From: Actinomycetota bacterium
Lineage (GTDB): Bacteria; Actinomycetota; UBA4738; CALAEC01
NCBI GenBank assembly: GCA_035513995.1
Contig: DATKBL010000047.1
Coordinates: 1 to 45,451, forward strand
Direction of reading: 5' to 3'
DNA length: 45,451 nt
Made by a program: the position numbers and the translations under genes. Below the pieces are notes generated by a model. It had not been told where the DNA came from. It ran no database searches and saw only the letters and a program-made list of their open reading frames with translations. Below, piece after piece: positions 8,539 through 16,961 of the stretch; within the stretch, counting starts at the first letter, position 1, and each line of letters starts with the position of its first letter.

Positions 8539-9321
8539 GTGCCCAAGGCTGAGCTCGTGTTCGCGAACGTCCTCGACCGACGGGTCTACGAGGCGGAGGG
8601 CGTCGAGGGTCAGCCGCTCGTCTACGGCTTCAGCGCTCCGGGCAGGGGCCTCCCCTTCGCGGTCGTGCGGCACTGGAAGGCGCCGCAGGGGGTCGTCGTC
8701 GAGCGGTTCGAGCTGATCAGCCCCGGCGGGTCCACGGCGTACCGCAGCCCTTCCCGGACCCGGCGGATGCCGGGGCAGATGGACCTCACCGAGATCGTGG
8801 ACGTCGTCGATGACGCCGTCCTCCCCGAGCTCGGCGTCTACGTCGCCTCCTTCCTGATCGACGACGAGGTCGAGGGCCAGGTCGAGTTCCAGTACGTACT
8901 GCAGCAGCCTCCCGAGAAGCTCCCCAAGGAGCTCGAGGACGCGTTCCGCAAGACCGACGTGATCTGGGTCGGCGTCGAGCGCGACGGGACCGACGACACG
9001 ATCCCGGCGTGGTTCGCGTACCACCAGGGGCGGGTGTACCTCCTGCACGCCGTGAGCGGGGACTCGGACGAACAGCGGATCCCGGGCGGGGACGAGGCGA
9101 GCGACCTCCTCATCATCACCCGGCACAAGTACCGCGACACCCGGCTGAGCCGTCTCCACGCAACCAGCAGGGTCATCGAGCCGGGCGAACAGGACTTCGC
9201 GAAGTACGCGGGGATCCTGGCCGACCGCCGCCGCGACCGCCACGGGCCTCCCGAGGAGGCGATCAAGACGTGGCGGCAGGGCCACGTGATCCTCGAGCTG
9301 ACCCCGCTCGTCCCGGCCTGA
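8539..9321 (+). CDS. two-domain hypothetical protein (260 aa); C-terminal half resembles a split-beta-barrel (PPOX/DUF2255-like) fold
   Basis: GTG start inside the 7597..9321 ORF, chosen where protein-like sequence begins (VPKAELVFANVLD). The C-terminal DVIWVGVERDG...WFAYHQGRVYLLHA...LLIITRHKYRD pattern recalls flavin/deazaflavin split-barrel proteins (weak). Confidence 0.5.
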   Translation: MPKAELVFANVLDRRVYEAEGVEGQPLVYGFSAPGRGLPFAVVRHWKAPQGVVVERFELISPGGSTAYRSPSRTRRMPGQMDLTEIVDVVDDAVLPELGVYVASFLIDDEVEGQVEFQYVLQQPPEKLPKELEDAFRKTDVIWVGVERDGTDDTIPAWFAYHQGRVYLLHAVSGDSDEQRIPGGDEASDLLIITRHKYRDTRLSRLHATSRVIEPGEQDFAKYAGILADRRRDRHGPPEEAIKTWRQGHVILELTPLVPA

Positions 9322-9324
9322 GCC

Positions 9325-10329
9325 TCAGCCTCCGCGGGGCAGGAAGCCGACCCGCTCGTACACCGTCTGAAGGGTCTTGCTCGCCGCCGCCTGCGCCTTC
9401 TGGGCCCCGATCTCGAGGAGCCGGGCCAGCTCGGCGGGGTCGCCGCGCAGCTCCCGGTAGCGCTCCCGCATCGGCCGCAGGAACTCGAGCGCGGCGTCGG
9501 CCAGGTCGCCCTTGAAGTCGCCGTAGCCCTTCCCCTCGTACTCCGCCTCGAGCGCCGGCACGTCCTTGCCCGTGGCCACCGACATGATCGTCAGCAGGTT
9601 GGAGATCTCCGGCTTGTCCTGGCGGGCGAGGACCTCTCGGCCCGAGTCGGTCACCGCCGAGCGGATCTTCTTGCGGACGACGTCGGGCTCGTCGCTCAGC
9701 CGGAGCACGCCCTGGTGCGACGCGGCCGAAGCCGACATCTTCGAGGCGGGGTCCTGGAGGTCCATGATCCGAGCGCCCACCTTCGGGATCGCCGCCTGCG
9801 GCAGGACGAAGGTCTCGCCGAACCGGGAGTTGAAGCGCTGGGCGATGTCTCTCGTCAGCTCGAGGTGCTGGCGCTGGTCCTCGCCGACCGGCACGCGGTC
9901 GGCCTGGTAGATCAGGATGTCGGCCGCCTGGAGCACCGGATAGGTGAAGAGACCCACGCTGACGCTGGCCTCCTCCTGGCGGGAGGCCTTGTCCTTGAAC
10001 TGCGTCATGCGGCGCAGCTCGCCGAAGCCCGCGAGGGTCCCCAGCACCCAGGCGAGCTCCGCGTGCTCGTGCACGTGCGACTGGACGAAGAGGGTGCAGC
10101 GGTCGGGGTCGAGCCCGACCGCGAGGAGGCTGGCCGCCATCCCCAACGTGGCCTCGCGCAGCGTCGCGGGATCCTGCGGCGTGCTGATCGCGTGGAGGTC
10201 GACGATCACGTAGAAGGTGTCGTACTCGTCCTGGTCGGCCACCCACTGGCGAAGCGCGCCGATCAGGTTGCCGAGGTGGACTTCGCCGGTGGGCTGGATG
10301 CCCGAGAGGACGCGCTTCCGGTCGGTCAT
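9325..10329 (-). CDS. trpS: tryptophan--tRNA ligase
   Basis: SGIQPTGEVHLGNLIGAL (HIGH-type motif), KMSAS (KMSKS motif), 334 aa class Ic synthetase layout. The ATG overlaps the aroF stop (ATGA). Confidence 0.92.
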   Translation of the reverse strand: MTDRKRVLSGIQPTGEVHLGNLIGALRQWVADQDEYDTFYVIVDLHAISTPQDPATLREATLGMAASLLAVGLDPDRCTLFVQSHVHEHAELAWVLGTLAGFGELRRMTQFKDKASRQEEASVSVGLFTYPVLQAADILIYQADRVPVGEDQRQHLELTRDIAQRFNSRFGETFVLPQAAIPKVGARIMDLQDPASKMSASAASHQGVLRLSDEPDVVRKKIRSAVTDSGREVLARQDKPEISNLLTIMSVATGKDVPALEAEYEGKGYGDFKGDLADAALEFLRPMRERYRELRGDPAELARLLEIGAQKAQAAASKTLQTVYERVGFLPRGG

Positions 10330-11375
10330 GCCCCGGACTCTCCCACGCGCGACTCGGGCTCCGCAACGAAACGCCCGAGCGATCGGGCGAGCGCGGCCAC
10401 CTCGGCGACCAGCGCGTCGAGATCGCCGTCGGTGAGCGCCTGGGGCCCGTCGCACAGAGCCTCGTCGGGGCGGGGGTGCACCTCGACCATCACCCCGTCG
10501 GCGCCCGCCGCGATCGCAGCCTTGGCCATCGGCGCGACGAGGCTCCGCTGGCCGGTGGCGTGCGAGGGGTCGGCGATCACCGGGAGGTGGCTCGCCTCGC
10601 GCGCCACGACCATCCCCGCGAGATCCAGGGTGTTCCGCGTGGCCGGCTCGAAGGTTCGGATGCCCCGCTCGCAGAGGACGATGTCGGAGTTGCCCTGCTG
10701 CGCGACGTACTCGGCGGCCATCAGCCACTCCTCCACCGTCGCAGACAGGCCTCGCTTCAGCACGATCGGCTTCCCGGTCTGACCCACCTCTTGCAGCAGG
10801 GGGAAGTGCTGCATGTTGCGCGCGCCGATCTGGAGGCCGTCGGCGACCTCGGCGACCTTCTCCACGTCGCGCGCCTCGAGCACCTCGGTGATCACGGGAA
10901 GGCCGGTGGCCTCGCGGCACGCGGCCAGGATCTCCAGGCCGCGCTCTCGGAGGCCCTGGAAGGCGTACGGCGAGGTGCGGGGCTTGTAGGCGCCGCCGCG
11001 GAGGAGGTGGGCGCCGGCGCGCCTGGCCATCTCGGCCGAGGCCAGTGCCTGCTCCTCGGACTCGATCGCGCAGGGACCCGCGATCACCGTCACCGACTGA
11101 CGACCGATCGGCACGCCACCGATCCGCACCGTGGAGGGCTCGGGGTGGAGCTCTCGGGCCACCATCTTGTACGGACGGCCAACGCGGACCACGCGGTCCA
11201 CGCCGGGAAGGGACTCGAGCGGAAGCTCGAGGAACCTCGTCGTGTCGCCCACCAGCCCGATGATCGTCCAGAATCGACCGCGCGAGACGAAGGCCTCGCC
11301 GCCCGACTCCGTCACCTTCTCGACGACGCCCTCGACGTCGGCGTCGCTCGCCCCCATCTTCATCACGACGACCAT
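10326..11375 (-). CDS. aroF: 3-deoxy-7-phosphoheptulonate (DAHP) synthase, type I-beta with N-terminal ferredoxin-like regulatory domain
   Basis: IAGPCAIESEEQ, LRGGAYKPRTSPYAFQGL, KRG and DPSHATGQR motifs of the KDO8P/DAHP I-beta family. About 70-aa N-terminal ACT/FL-like extension as in the Thermotoga enzyme. Confidence 0.9.
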   Translation of the reverse strand: MVVVMKMGASDADVEGVVEKVTESGGEAFVSRGRFWTIIGLVGDTTRFLELPLESLPGVDRVVRVGRPYKMVARELHPEPSTVRIGGVPIGRQSVTVIAGPCAIESEEQALASAEMARRAGAHLLRGGAYKPRTSPYAFQGLRERGLEILAACREATGLPVITEVLEARDVEKVAEVADGLQIGARNMQHFPLLQEVGQTGKPIVLKRGLSATVEEWLMAAEYVAQQGNSDIVLCERGIRTFEPATRNTLDLAGMVVAREASHLPVIADPSHATGQRSLVAPMAKAAIAAGADGVMVEVHPRPDEALCDGPQALTDGDLDALVAEVAALARSLGRFVAEPESRVGESGA

Positions 11376-11566
11376 GGCGCTCCTCCGTGGGATGGCCCGG
11401 GAAGCACGGAACCCCGGGCCGCTGCCCGGGGTCCTGGGTGGCCGGTCGCTCCGCAGGTCAGTCCGAGCAGCGTCCCCCGCCGCGATACCACGCGAAGCCG
11501 TACCGCTCGTTCCTCACGTCGGTGTCATTGTGGGGGGCCGCCCCGGATCGCACAACCCCGAGGGGG
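11376..11566 (-). promoter_or_regulatory. 191-nt structured leader upstream of aroF-trpS (candidate attenuator or riboswitch-like element)
   Basis: Longest non-coding gap in the window. Contains several GC hairpins, a T-box-like core at 11467..11494, three CCCGGG segments able to form alternative hairpins, and the SD GGAGGAG 4 nt before the ATG. Confidence 0.4.
11408..11434 (-). terminator. 11-bp GC stem-loop (GGACCCCGGGC-AGCG-GCCCGGGGUUCC): terminator of the ABC operon and/or attenuator hairpin of aroF
   Basis: Perfect 9-bp core ACCCCGGGC/GCCCGGGGU plus 2 flanking pairs. Followed by UUCCGUGCUUCC, a poor U-tract. Confidence 0.35.
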
Positions 11567-12817
11567 TCAGCCCTCCTTGATGTAGGGCTTGCCGTCGGCC
11601 GCGGGCGGGCGGGCCCGCCCGACCACCCCGGCCACGACGAGGATCGTGGCGATGTAGGGGGCCATGAGCAGGAACTCGGAGGGGAGGCCCACGTCGAGGA
11701 TGGCCAGCCTCGTCTGGAGCGAGTCGGCGAACCCGAAGACGAGCGCGGCGCCGAACGCGCCCCACGGCGAGTAGCGGCCGAAGATCATCGCCGCGAGCGC
11801 GATGAACCCCCGACCCGCCGTCATCCCCTCGTCGAAGCGACCCACCGACCCGAGGGTGAAGAACGCGCCCCCGAGCCCCGCCATCATGCCGCCGAGGATC
11901 ACGCTCCTGTACCGCTCGAACAGCACCCGGATCCCGACGGTGTCGGCCGCGAGCGGATGCTCCCCCACCGCGCGCACGCGCAGGCCCCAACGCGTCCGGA
12001 AGAGCGCGATGTGCACCAGGAAGAGCAGCCCAAACATCAGGTACACGAAGACGTTGTTGCGGAACAGGATCGGGCCGGCCACGGGGATCTCCGCGACCAG
12101 CGGGATCTCGAACACCTGGAAGCGGCCGGGGTTGTTCAACGCCTGGTTCGTCTGGAGGATGCTCGCGGACAGGTACGAGGTCATCCCGAGCGCGAAGATG
12201 TTGATGACCGTGCCCGCCACGATCTGGTCCACCCGGTATCGGATCGACAGGACCGCGAGCACCCAGCCGAGGACCCCCCCGACGAGTACGCCGCAGATGA
12301 GCCCGACCCACAGGCTTCCCGAGGCGCTGCCCGTGATCGCTCCCGTGAACGCGGCGGCCAGGAACATCCCCTCGATCGCGATGTTGATCACACCCGCCCG
12401 CTCGCAGAGGATCCCCGAGAGCGCGCCGAGGGTGATGGGCACCGAGCGCAGGAGGGTGGAGTTCAGCATCGCGGTGAGGTTGAGCGATCCGCCGCGAGCG
12501 GCGTAGACGAGCAGCGAGAAGACGAAGACGCCGACCACGACCCCGAGGACGAGGTAGGTACGGGAGCCGAAGCCCCGCACGAGCTGGACGGCTCCCAGGA
12601 AGGCCATCAGCGCGGAGATCGCGTACAGCGTGGCCTGTACGGGCAGCGTGAGCGCGGGGGCGTTCGTCCCCAGGCCGAACGTGGCCGTCTCGCCCCCGGC
12701 CGCACGGGGACCGAAGAACCCGGCGGCGAACGCGGCCAGGAGCAGGAAGAGGATGCCGAGCACGCGCGCACGGCGGACGGAGATCCTCCCCGAGACGGTG
12801 GCCACCGCGGTGCTCAT
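11567..12817 (-). CDS. ABC transporter permease (BMP/nucleoside-type, YufQ/NupQ-like)
   Basis: 416 aa, polytopic. CERAGVINIAIEGMFLAAAF and AVGEHPLAADTVGI motifs typical of simple-sugar/nucleoside (CUT2) permeases. The ATG overlaps the upstream permease stop (ATGA). Confidence 0.85.
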   Translation of the reverse strand: MSTAVATVSGRISVRRARVLGILFLLLAAFAAGFFGPRAAGGETATFGLGTNAPALTLPVQATLYAISALMAFLGAVQLVRGFGSRTYLVLGVVVGVFVFSLLVYAARGGSLNLTAMLNSTLLRSVPITLGALSGILCERAGVINIAIEGMFLAAAFTGAITGSASGSLWVGLICGVLVGGVLGWVLAVLSIRYRVDQIVAGTVINIFALGMTSYLSASILQTNQALNNPGRFQVFEIPLVAEIPVAGPILFRNNVFVYLMFGLLFLVHIALFRTRWGLRVRAVGEHPLAADTVGIRVLFERYRSVILGGMMAGLGGAFFTLGSVGRFDEGMTAGRGFIALAAMIFGRYSPWGAFGAALVFGFADSLQTRLAILDVGLPSEFLLMAPYIATILVVAGVVGRARPPAADGKPYIKEG

Positions 12818-14145
12818 CCGCTCCACCCCTTCGTGAAGACGTCGGCCCCGACCTCTCGGCCAACCTTGATCCGGTAGATCGCCCTCACGAGCGCGGGCGC
12901 CGCGATGAACACGATGATCAGGGCCTGGATCACGACGATGATGTCCACCGGCGCCCGCGTGGCCGCCTGCATCGAGATCGCGCCGGCCTGCAGCATGCCG
13001 AAGAGGAGTGACGCCGCCACCACCCCGAGCGGGTGCGCCTTGCCTAGCAGGGCGAGCGCGATGGCGGTGAACCCGATCCCGCTGGCGAAGCCGGGCACCA
13101 GGAACTTCTGGAGACCGAGCACCTGCGAGGCACCGCCCAGCCCGGCGAGCGCGCCGGCCAGGCCCATCGCGGCGATATAGGCCATCGCCACGCTCATCCC
13201 CGCGTATCGGGCCGCGTTGGGGTTGGAGCCCACGGCCCGGAACTCGAACCCCTTCGTGGTGCGGAACAGCAGCCACCACACGCCCCATGCCGCCAGCAGC
13301 GCGAGGACGATCCCAAGATGGAGGCGCAGGCCCGTCCCGGGGATGCCCGGGATCTCGGCGGACGGCAGGACCGCCTGGCTGATGGGATCGGATCGACCGG
13401 GTCGTTGGAACGCGGGCGTCTTCAGCAGGAAGTCCAGCATGCGGAGGGCGATGAAGTTCAGCATGATCGTCGTGATCACCTCGTGGGCGCCCGTGCGGGC
13501 CTTGAGGACGCCGGGGATCGCCCCCCAGAGCGCGCCGCCGACGAAGCCGGCCAGGATCGCGAGGGGGAGGTGGACGATCATCGGGAGCCCCGTGACCGTG
13601 AACCCGACGAACGCCGCGGTGATCGCGCCGGCGTTCATCTGCCCCTCGGCGCCGATGTTGAAGAGGCCCGCGCGGAACCCGAGCGCGACCGAGAGGCCGG
13701 CGAAGATCAGCGGCGTCGCGGCCACGATCGTCTCGGAGAGCGGCCGGAAGGCCGCCTCGATCCGCGCGGCGTCCCCCGAGGCGAACGCCTGTACGTACTC
13801 CACGGGGCTCCCCAATGAGCCCGTGAACAGCGCTTGATACGCCTCGAGCACGATCCGCCCGGAGATCTCCAGCGCCCTCAGCGGGTTCCGGAAGAAGCTG
13901 CTCCACGCCGCGAGCGCCTCGCTGTTCGTGAAGATCATCACGAGCCCGCCGATCGCCAGCGCCGTGATGAACGCGAGGAGGGGCACGACGAGCGAGCGGA
14001 GAGCTCCCCCCCTCCTGGGCGCCTCGAACCCGGCCTCGACCGGGGGCTCGCCGAGCCCCCCCGCCGCGCGGTCCTCAGGCTCCTCGATCGTGTCGGCGGC
14101 AGCGGCGCCGTCCTCGTCGCGCCCGCGCCGCTCCTCGTCGCTCAC
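12814..14145 (-). CDS. ABC transporter permease (BMP/nucleoside-type, YufP/NupP-like) with acidic N-terminal extension
   Basis: GTG start overlapping the ATPase stop (GTGA). LFNIGAEGQM and RAVGSNPNAARYAGM motifs. About 10 TM segments. Confidence 0.85.
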   Translation of the reverse strand: MSDEERRGRDEDGAAAADTIEEPEDRAAGGLGEPPVEAGFEAPRRGGALRSLVVPLLAFITALAIGGLVMIFTNSEALAAWSSFFRNPLRALEISGRIVLEAYQALFTGSLGSPVEYVQAFASGDAARIEAAFRPLSETIVAATPLIFAGLSVALGFRAGLFNIGAEGQMNAGAITAAFVGFTVTGLPMIVHLPLAILAGFVGGALWGAIPGVLKARTGAHEVITTIMLNFIALRMLDFLLKTPAFQRPGRSDPISQAVLPSAEIPGIPGTGLRLHLGIVLALLAAWGVWWLLFRTTKGFEFRAVGSNPNAARYAGMSVAMAYIAAMGLAGALAGLGGASQVLGLQKFLVPGFASGIGFTAIALALLGKAHPLGVVAASLLFGMLQAGAISMQAATRAPVDIIVVIQALIIVFIAAPALVRAIYRIKVGREVGADVFTKGWSG

Positions 14146-15665
14146 GACCCCTCCACCTGCTCCGCGTTTGCGCCGGCCATCATCAGCCCGATCTCCTCCC
14201 GGCCGATCGTCGTGGGGTCGACCAGCCCCACGATCCGCCCCCGGTACATCACGGCCACGCGATCGGAGACCGAAAGCACCTCGTCGAGCTCGCTGGAGAC
14301 GAGGAGGACCGCGGTGCCCCCGTCGCGCGCCGAGATGACCTGCTCGTGGATGTACGCCATCGAGCCCACGTCCAGCCCGCGCGTCGGCTGCGACGCGACG
14401 AGCAGGGCGATCTCGCGGGACAGCTCGCGCGCCACGATCACCTTCTGCTGGTTGCCCCCGGACAGCGTCGACACCGGCGCCAGCACAGACGGCGTGCGAA
14501 TGTCGTACGCCTCCTTGCGCTGCTCGGCCGTGCGCAGGACCGCCTCGTCGTCGCGGACCCATCCCCGAGCGAGCGGCGGCAGGTAGTACTGGTTGAGCAC
14601 GAGGTTGTCCGCGATCGAGAAGTCGGCCACGAGACCGTCGCGGATCCGATCCTCGGGGATGTGCCCCACGCCCGCCACGAAGACATCCCGCGGGCTGGCC
14701 CGCGTCAGGTCCTCTCCTTTGATGAGCACCCGTCCCGCGTCCACGGCGCGTAATCCGGTGATGGCCTCGACGAGCTCGGTCTGGCCGTTGCCCTGGACCC
14801 CGGCCACGCCGAGCACCTCCCCGGCCCGCACCTCGAGGGAGATCCCGTTCACGGCCGCTTGGCCCCGATCGTCCAGCACCGTCAGATCCTCGACCTGGAG
14901 CACCGGCGCCTGGGGCTCGGCCGGCCCCTTCTCCACCTCCAGCCGAACGTCGCGCCCCACCATCATCGAGGCGAGCGCGGCCTCGTCGGCCTTCTCGGGG
15001 GTCGTGGATCCGACCACCCGGCCCTGGCGCAGCACCGTGATGCGGTCAGCGATCGCGAGAACCTCCTTCAGCTTGTGCGTGATGAAAATGATCCCCTTGC
15101 CCGACTCCCGGAGCGATCGCATGACCCCGAAGAGCTCCCGCGTCTCCTGCGGGGTGAGCACCGCGGTGGGCTCGTCGAGGATGAGGATCTCGGCGTCGCG
15201 GTAGAGGGCCTTCACGATCTCCACCCGCTGCTGGGCCCCCACCGAGAGATCCTCGACGAGGGCGTCGGGATCGACCTCGAGCCCGTAGCGGCTGGAGATC
15301 TCCTCGACGCCCCGGCGGGCCTCGCGCCTATCGAGGAGGCCCGCGACGCTCGTCTCCTCCACCCCCAGCATCACGTTCTCGGTGACGGTGAAGACAGGGA
15401 TCAGCATGAAATGCTGGTGGACCATGCCGATGCCGGCGGCGATCGCGTCCCGCGGAGACTCGAAGGAGACCGGCGTGCCGTCGATCATGATCTCGCCCTC
15501 GTCGGCGTGGTACAGGCCGTAGAGGACGTTCATGAGCGTCGTCTTGCCCGCCCCGTTCTCGCCCAGCAGCGCGTGGATCTCTCCGCCGGAGACGTCGAGG
15601 TCGATCGCGTCGTTGGCGAGCACCCCGGGGAATCGCTTGGTGATGCCCCGAAGCTCGAGCTTCAT
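14142..15665 (-). CDS. ABC transporter ATP-binding protein, duplicated ATPase (CUT2 type)
   Basis: Two NBDs: Walker A GENGAGKTT, signatures LSVGAQQRVEI and LSGGNQQKVIV, Walker B ILILDEPT. 507 aa. Confidence 0.92.
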   Translation of the reverse strand: MKLELRGITKRFPGVLANDAIDLDVSGGEIHALLGENGAGKTTLMNVLYGLYHADEGEIMIDGTPVSFESPRDAIAAGIGMVHQHFMLIPVFTVTENVMLGVEETSVAGLLDRREARRGVEEISSRYGLEVDPDALVEDLSVGAQQRVEIVKALYRDAEILILDEPTAVLTPQETRELFGVMRSLRESGKGIIFITHKLKEVLAIADRITVLRQGRVVGSTTPEKADEAALASMMVGRDVRLEVEKGPAEPQAPVLQVEDLTVLDDRGQAAVNGISLEVRAGEVLGVAGVQGNGQTELVEAITGLRAVDAGRVLIKGEDLTRASPRDVFVAGVGHIPEDRIRDGLVADFSIADNLVLNQYYLPPLARGWVRDDEAVLRTAEQRKEAYDIRTPSVLAPVSTLSGGNQQKVIVARELSREIALLVASQPTRGLDVGSMAYIHEQVISARDGGTAVLLVSSELDEVLSVSDRVAVMYRGRIVGLVDPTTIGREEIGLMMAGANAEQVEGS

Positions 15666-15682
15666 GCGCTCCCCCCCGAAAC

Positions 15683-15722
15683 GGCGGAGGGGGGCGGCGG
15701 TTTCACCGCCGCCCCCCTCGCC
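15683..15722 (-). promoter_or_regulatory. strong intercistronic stem-loop between the SBP and ATPase genes
   Basis: ggcggaggggggcggcgg-tttca-ccgccgcccccctcgcc: a 17-bp G/C stem with one bulged base. It lies in the 68-nt gap between the SBP stop (15734) and the ATPase ATG (15665). Confidence 0.6.
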
Positions 15723-15733
15723 ATCACCTCGAT

Positions 15734-16822
15734 CTAGAGGTAGTCCTCACCGTTCACGGAGATCGAGCCGTCGATGATCCCGGCCCTGATCTCATCCAGG
15801 TCGGCCTTCACCTCGTCCGAGATCTGACCCTCGTACTCGTGGAACGGGGCCAGACCCACGCCCTCGTCCTCGAGCGTTCCGACGTACAGACCGCTCTCGA
15901 ACGTGCCCTCGACCACGGCGGCCACCGCGTTGAACACCGCCACGTCCATGTTCTTCTGGACGCTCGTGAGCACCACCGGGCAGTACTCCTCGGCGCTGAC
16001 GCACCAGTCGGTGTCGACGCCGACCATCACGTCCTCTTGGTCGGAGTCCTCCACCGCGGCCGCGGTGCCGAGGCCCACGGGACCGGCCACCGGCAGGATG
16101 ACGTCGGCGCCCTCGGCGATCAGGTCCTCGGTCACGCGGCGACCGTTGTCCTGGTTATCGAAGTCGCCCGTGAACAGCCCCGCGTCCGGATTCGACGGAT
16201 CCCAGCCGAGCACCTCGACGGCGGTCCCATTCTGCTCGTTGTAGTACATGGCCCCGGCGAAGAACCCGTCCATGAAGTCCGTCACGGGCGGGCCGATGTT
16301 GATCCCGCCGTAGGTCCCCATGGTCCCCGTCTTCGTCCACGACGCCGACGCGTACCCGGCGAGGAAGGCCGCCTCCTTGGTGGAGAAGACCAGTCCGAGC
16401 ACGTTGTCGAGCGGCGGGTCGTAGGCGAAGTCGACGATCGCGAAGGGCACCTCGGGGTTCGCCTCGGCGGCCGCCTGGGTGGCGTCGCCCAGCAGGAATC
16501 CGACCGTCACGATGATGTCGCACCCGCGATCGATGAACGCCTGAATGTTCGGGTCGTAGTCGGCCTGCGACTGCGACTCCAGGAAGTCGATCTCGACCCC
16601 GAGCTCTGTCTCGGCGCGCTCCATGCCCGCGTAGGCGGTCTGGTTGAACGACTTGTCGTCGATGCCGCCCGTATCGGTCACCTGACAGGCGAGCATGCCG
16701 GCGCCCGGAAGCGTCTCCTCCTCCGTCGGACCCGCGTCGGGCTCGTCTGCCTCCTCGGCACACGCCGCAGCCGTGAGCGCTACGACGGTGACGAGGGCGA
16801 GAAGCGTGAACTTCCCCCGCAT
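15734..16822 (-). CDS. BMP family (PnrA/Med-like) ABC substrate-binding lipoprotein
   Basis: Internal ATG 16822 with SD GAGGAGGGGGG upstream. Signal MRGKFTLLALVTVVALTAAAC with lipobox. IDDKSFNQ, GFLLGD and AAFLAGY motifs of basic membrane protein family SBPs. Confidence 0.88.
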   Translation of the reverse strand: MRGKFTLLALVTVVALTAAACAEEADEPDAGPTEEETLPGAGMLACQVTDTGGIDDKSFNQTAYAGMERAETELGVEIDFLESQSQADYDPNIQAFIDRGCDIIVTVGFLLGDATQAAAEANPEVPFAIVDFAYDPPLDNVLGLVFSTKEAAFLAGYASASWTKTGTMGTYGGINIGPPVTDFMDGFFAGAMYYNEQNGTAVEVLGWDPSNPDAGLFTGDFDNQDNGRRVTEDLIAEGADVILPVAGPVGLGTAAAVEDSDQEDVMVGVDTDWCVSAEEYCPVVLTSVQKNMDVAVFNAVAAVVEGTFESGLYVGTLEDEGVGLAPFHEYEGQISDEVKADLDEIRAGIIDGSISVNGEDYL

Positions 16823-16867
16823 CTGAACTCCCCCCTCCTCGGTAGGTCTACCCGTACAGCGGTTCGG

Positions 16868-16873
16868 ATTGTA
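16868..16873 (-). promoter_or_regulatory. -10-like hexamer TACAAT for the BMP ABC operon (about 40-nt SD-containing leader)
   Basis: Plus-strand attgta is TACAAT on the minus strand, 45 nt upstream of ATG 16822. Confidence 0.3.
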
Positions 16874-16946
16874 CGCCACGGTCCCTCCGCTGGTACAGCG
16901 AGGACGGAGGCCCTTCCGGGCAGGTGCGCGCCGGGTCCCCGAGCCC

Positions 16947-16952
16947 TAGGAT
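16947..16952 (+). promoter_or_regulatory. -10-like hexamer TAGGAT, 9 nt upstream of the upp ATG 16962
   Basis: TANNNT. No SD before ATG 16962. Confidence 0.3.
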
Positions 16953-16961
16953 GTGTGCGCC

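Noticed and set aside
11376-11566. Ribosome-mediated Trp attenuator (leader peptide with tandem Trp codons) upstream of aroF-trpS, and a GUG-initiated upstream ORF of about 44 codons that ends 11 nt inside aroF.
   Set aside because: No tandem UGG codons exist. The only short ATG ORF is MTPT-stop. The upstream ORF has third-position GC (about 73%) no higher than background. I keep the region as a structured-RNA candidate only.
16854-16878. tRNA-like T-arm: GTACA-GCGGTTCGGAT-TGTAC followed by GCCA (GGTTCGGAT resembles the T-loop GGTTCGAAT, with a CCA nearby).
   Set aside because: The loop is 11 nt rather than 7. No acceptor, D or anticodon arms can be built around it. It sits in the 5-prime UTR/promoter region of the ABC operon, so this is not a tRNA gene.
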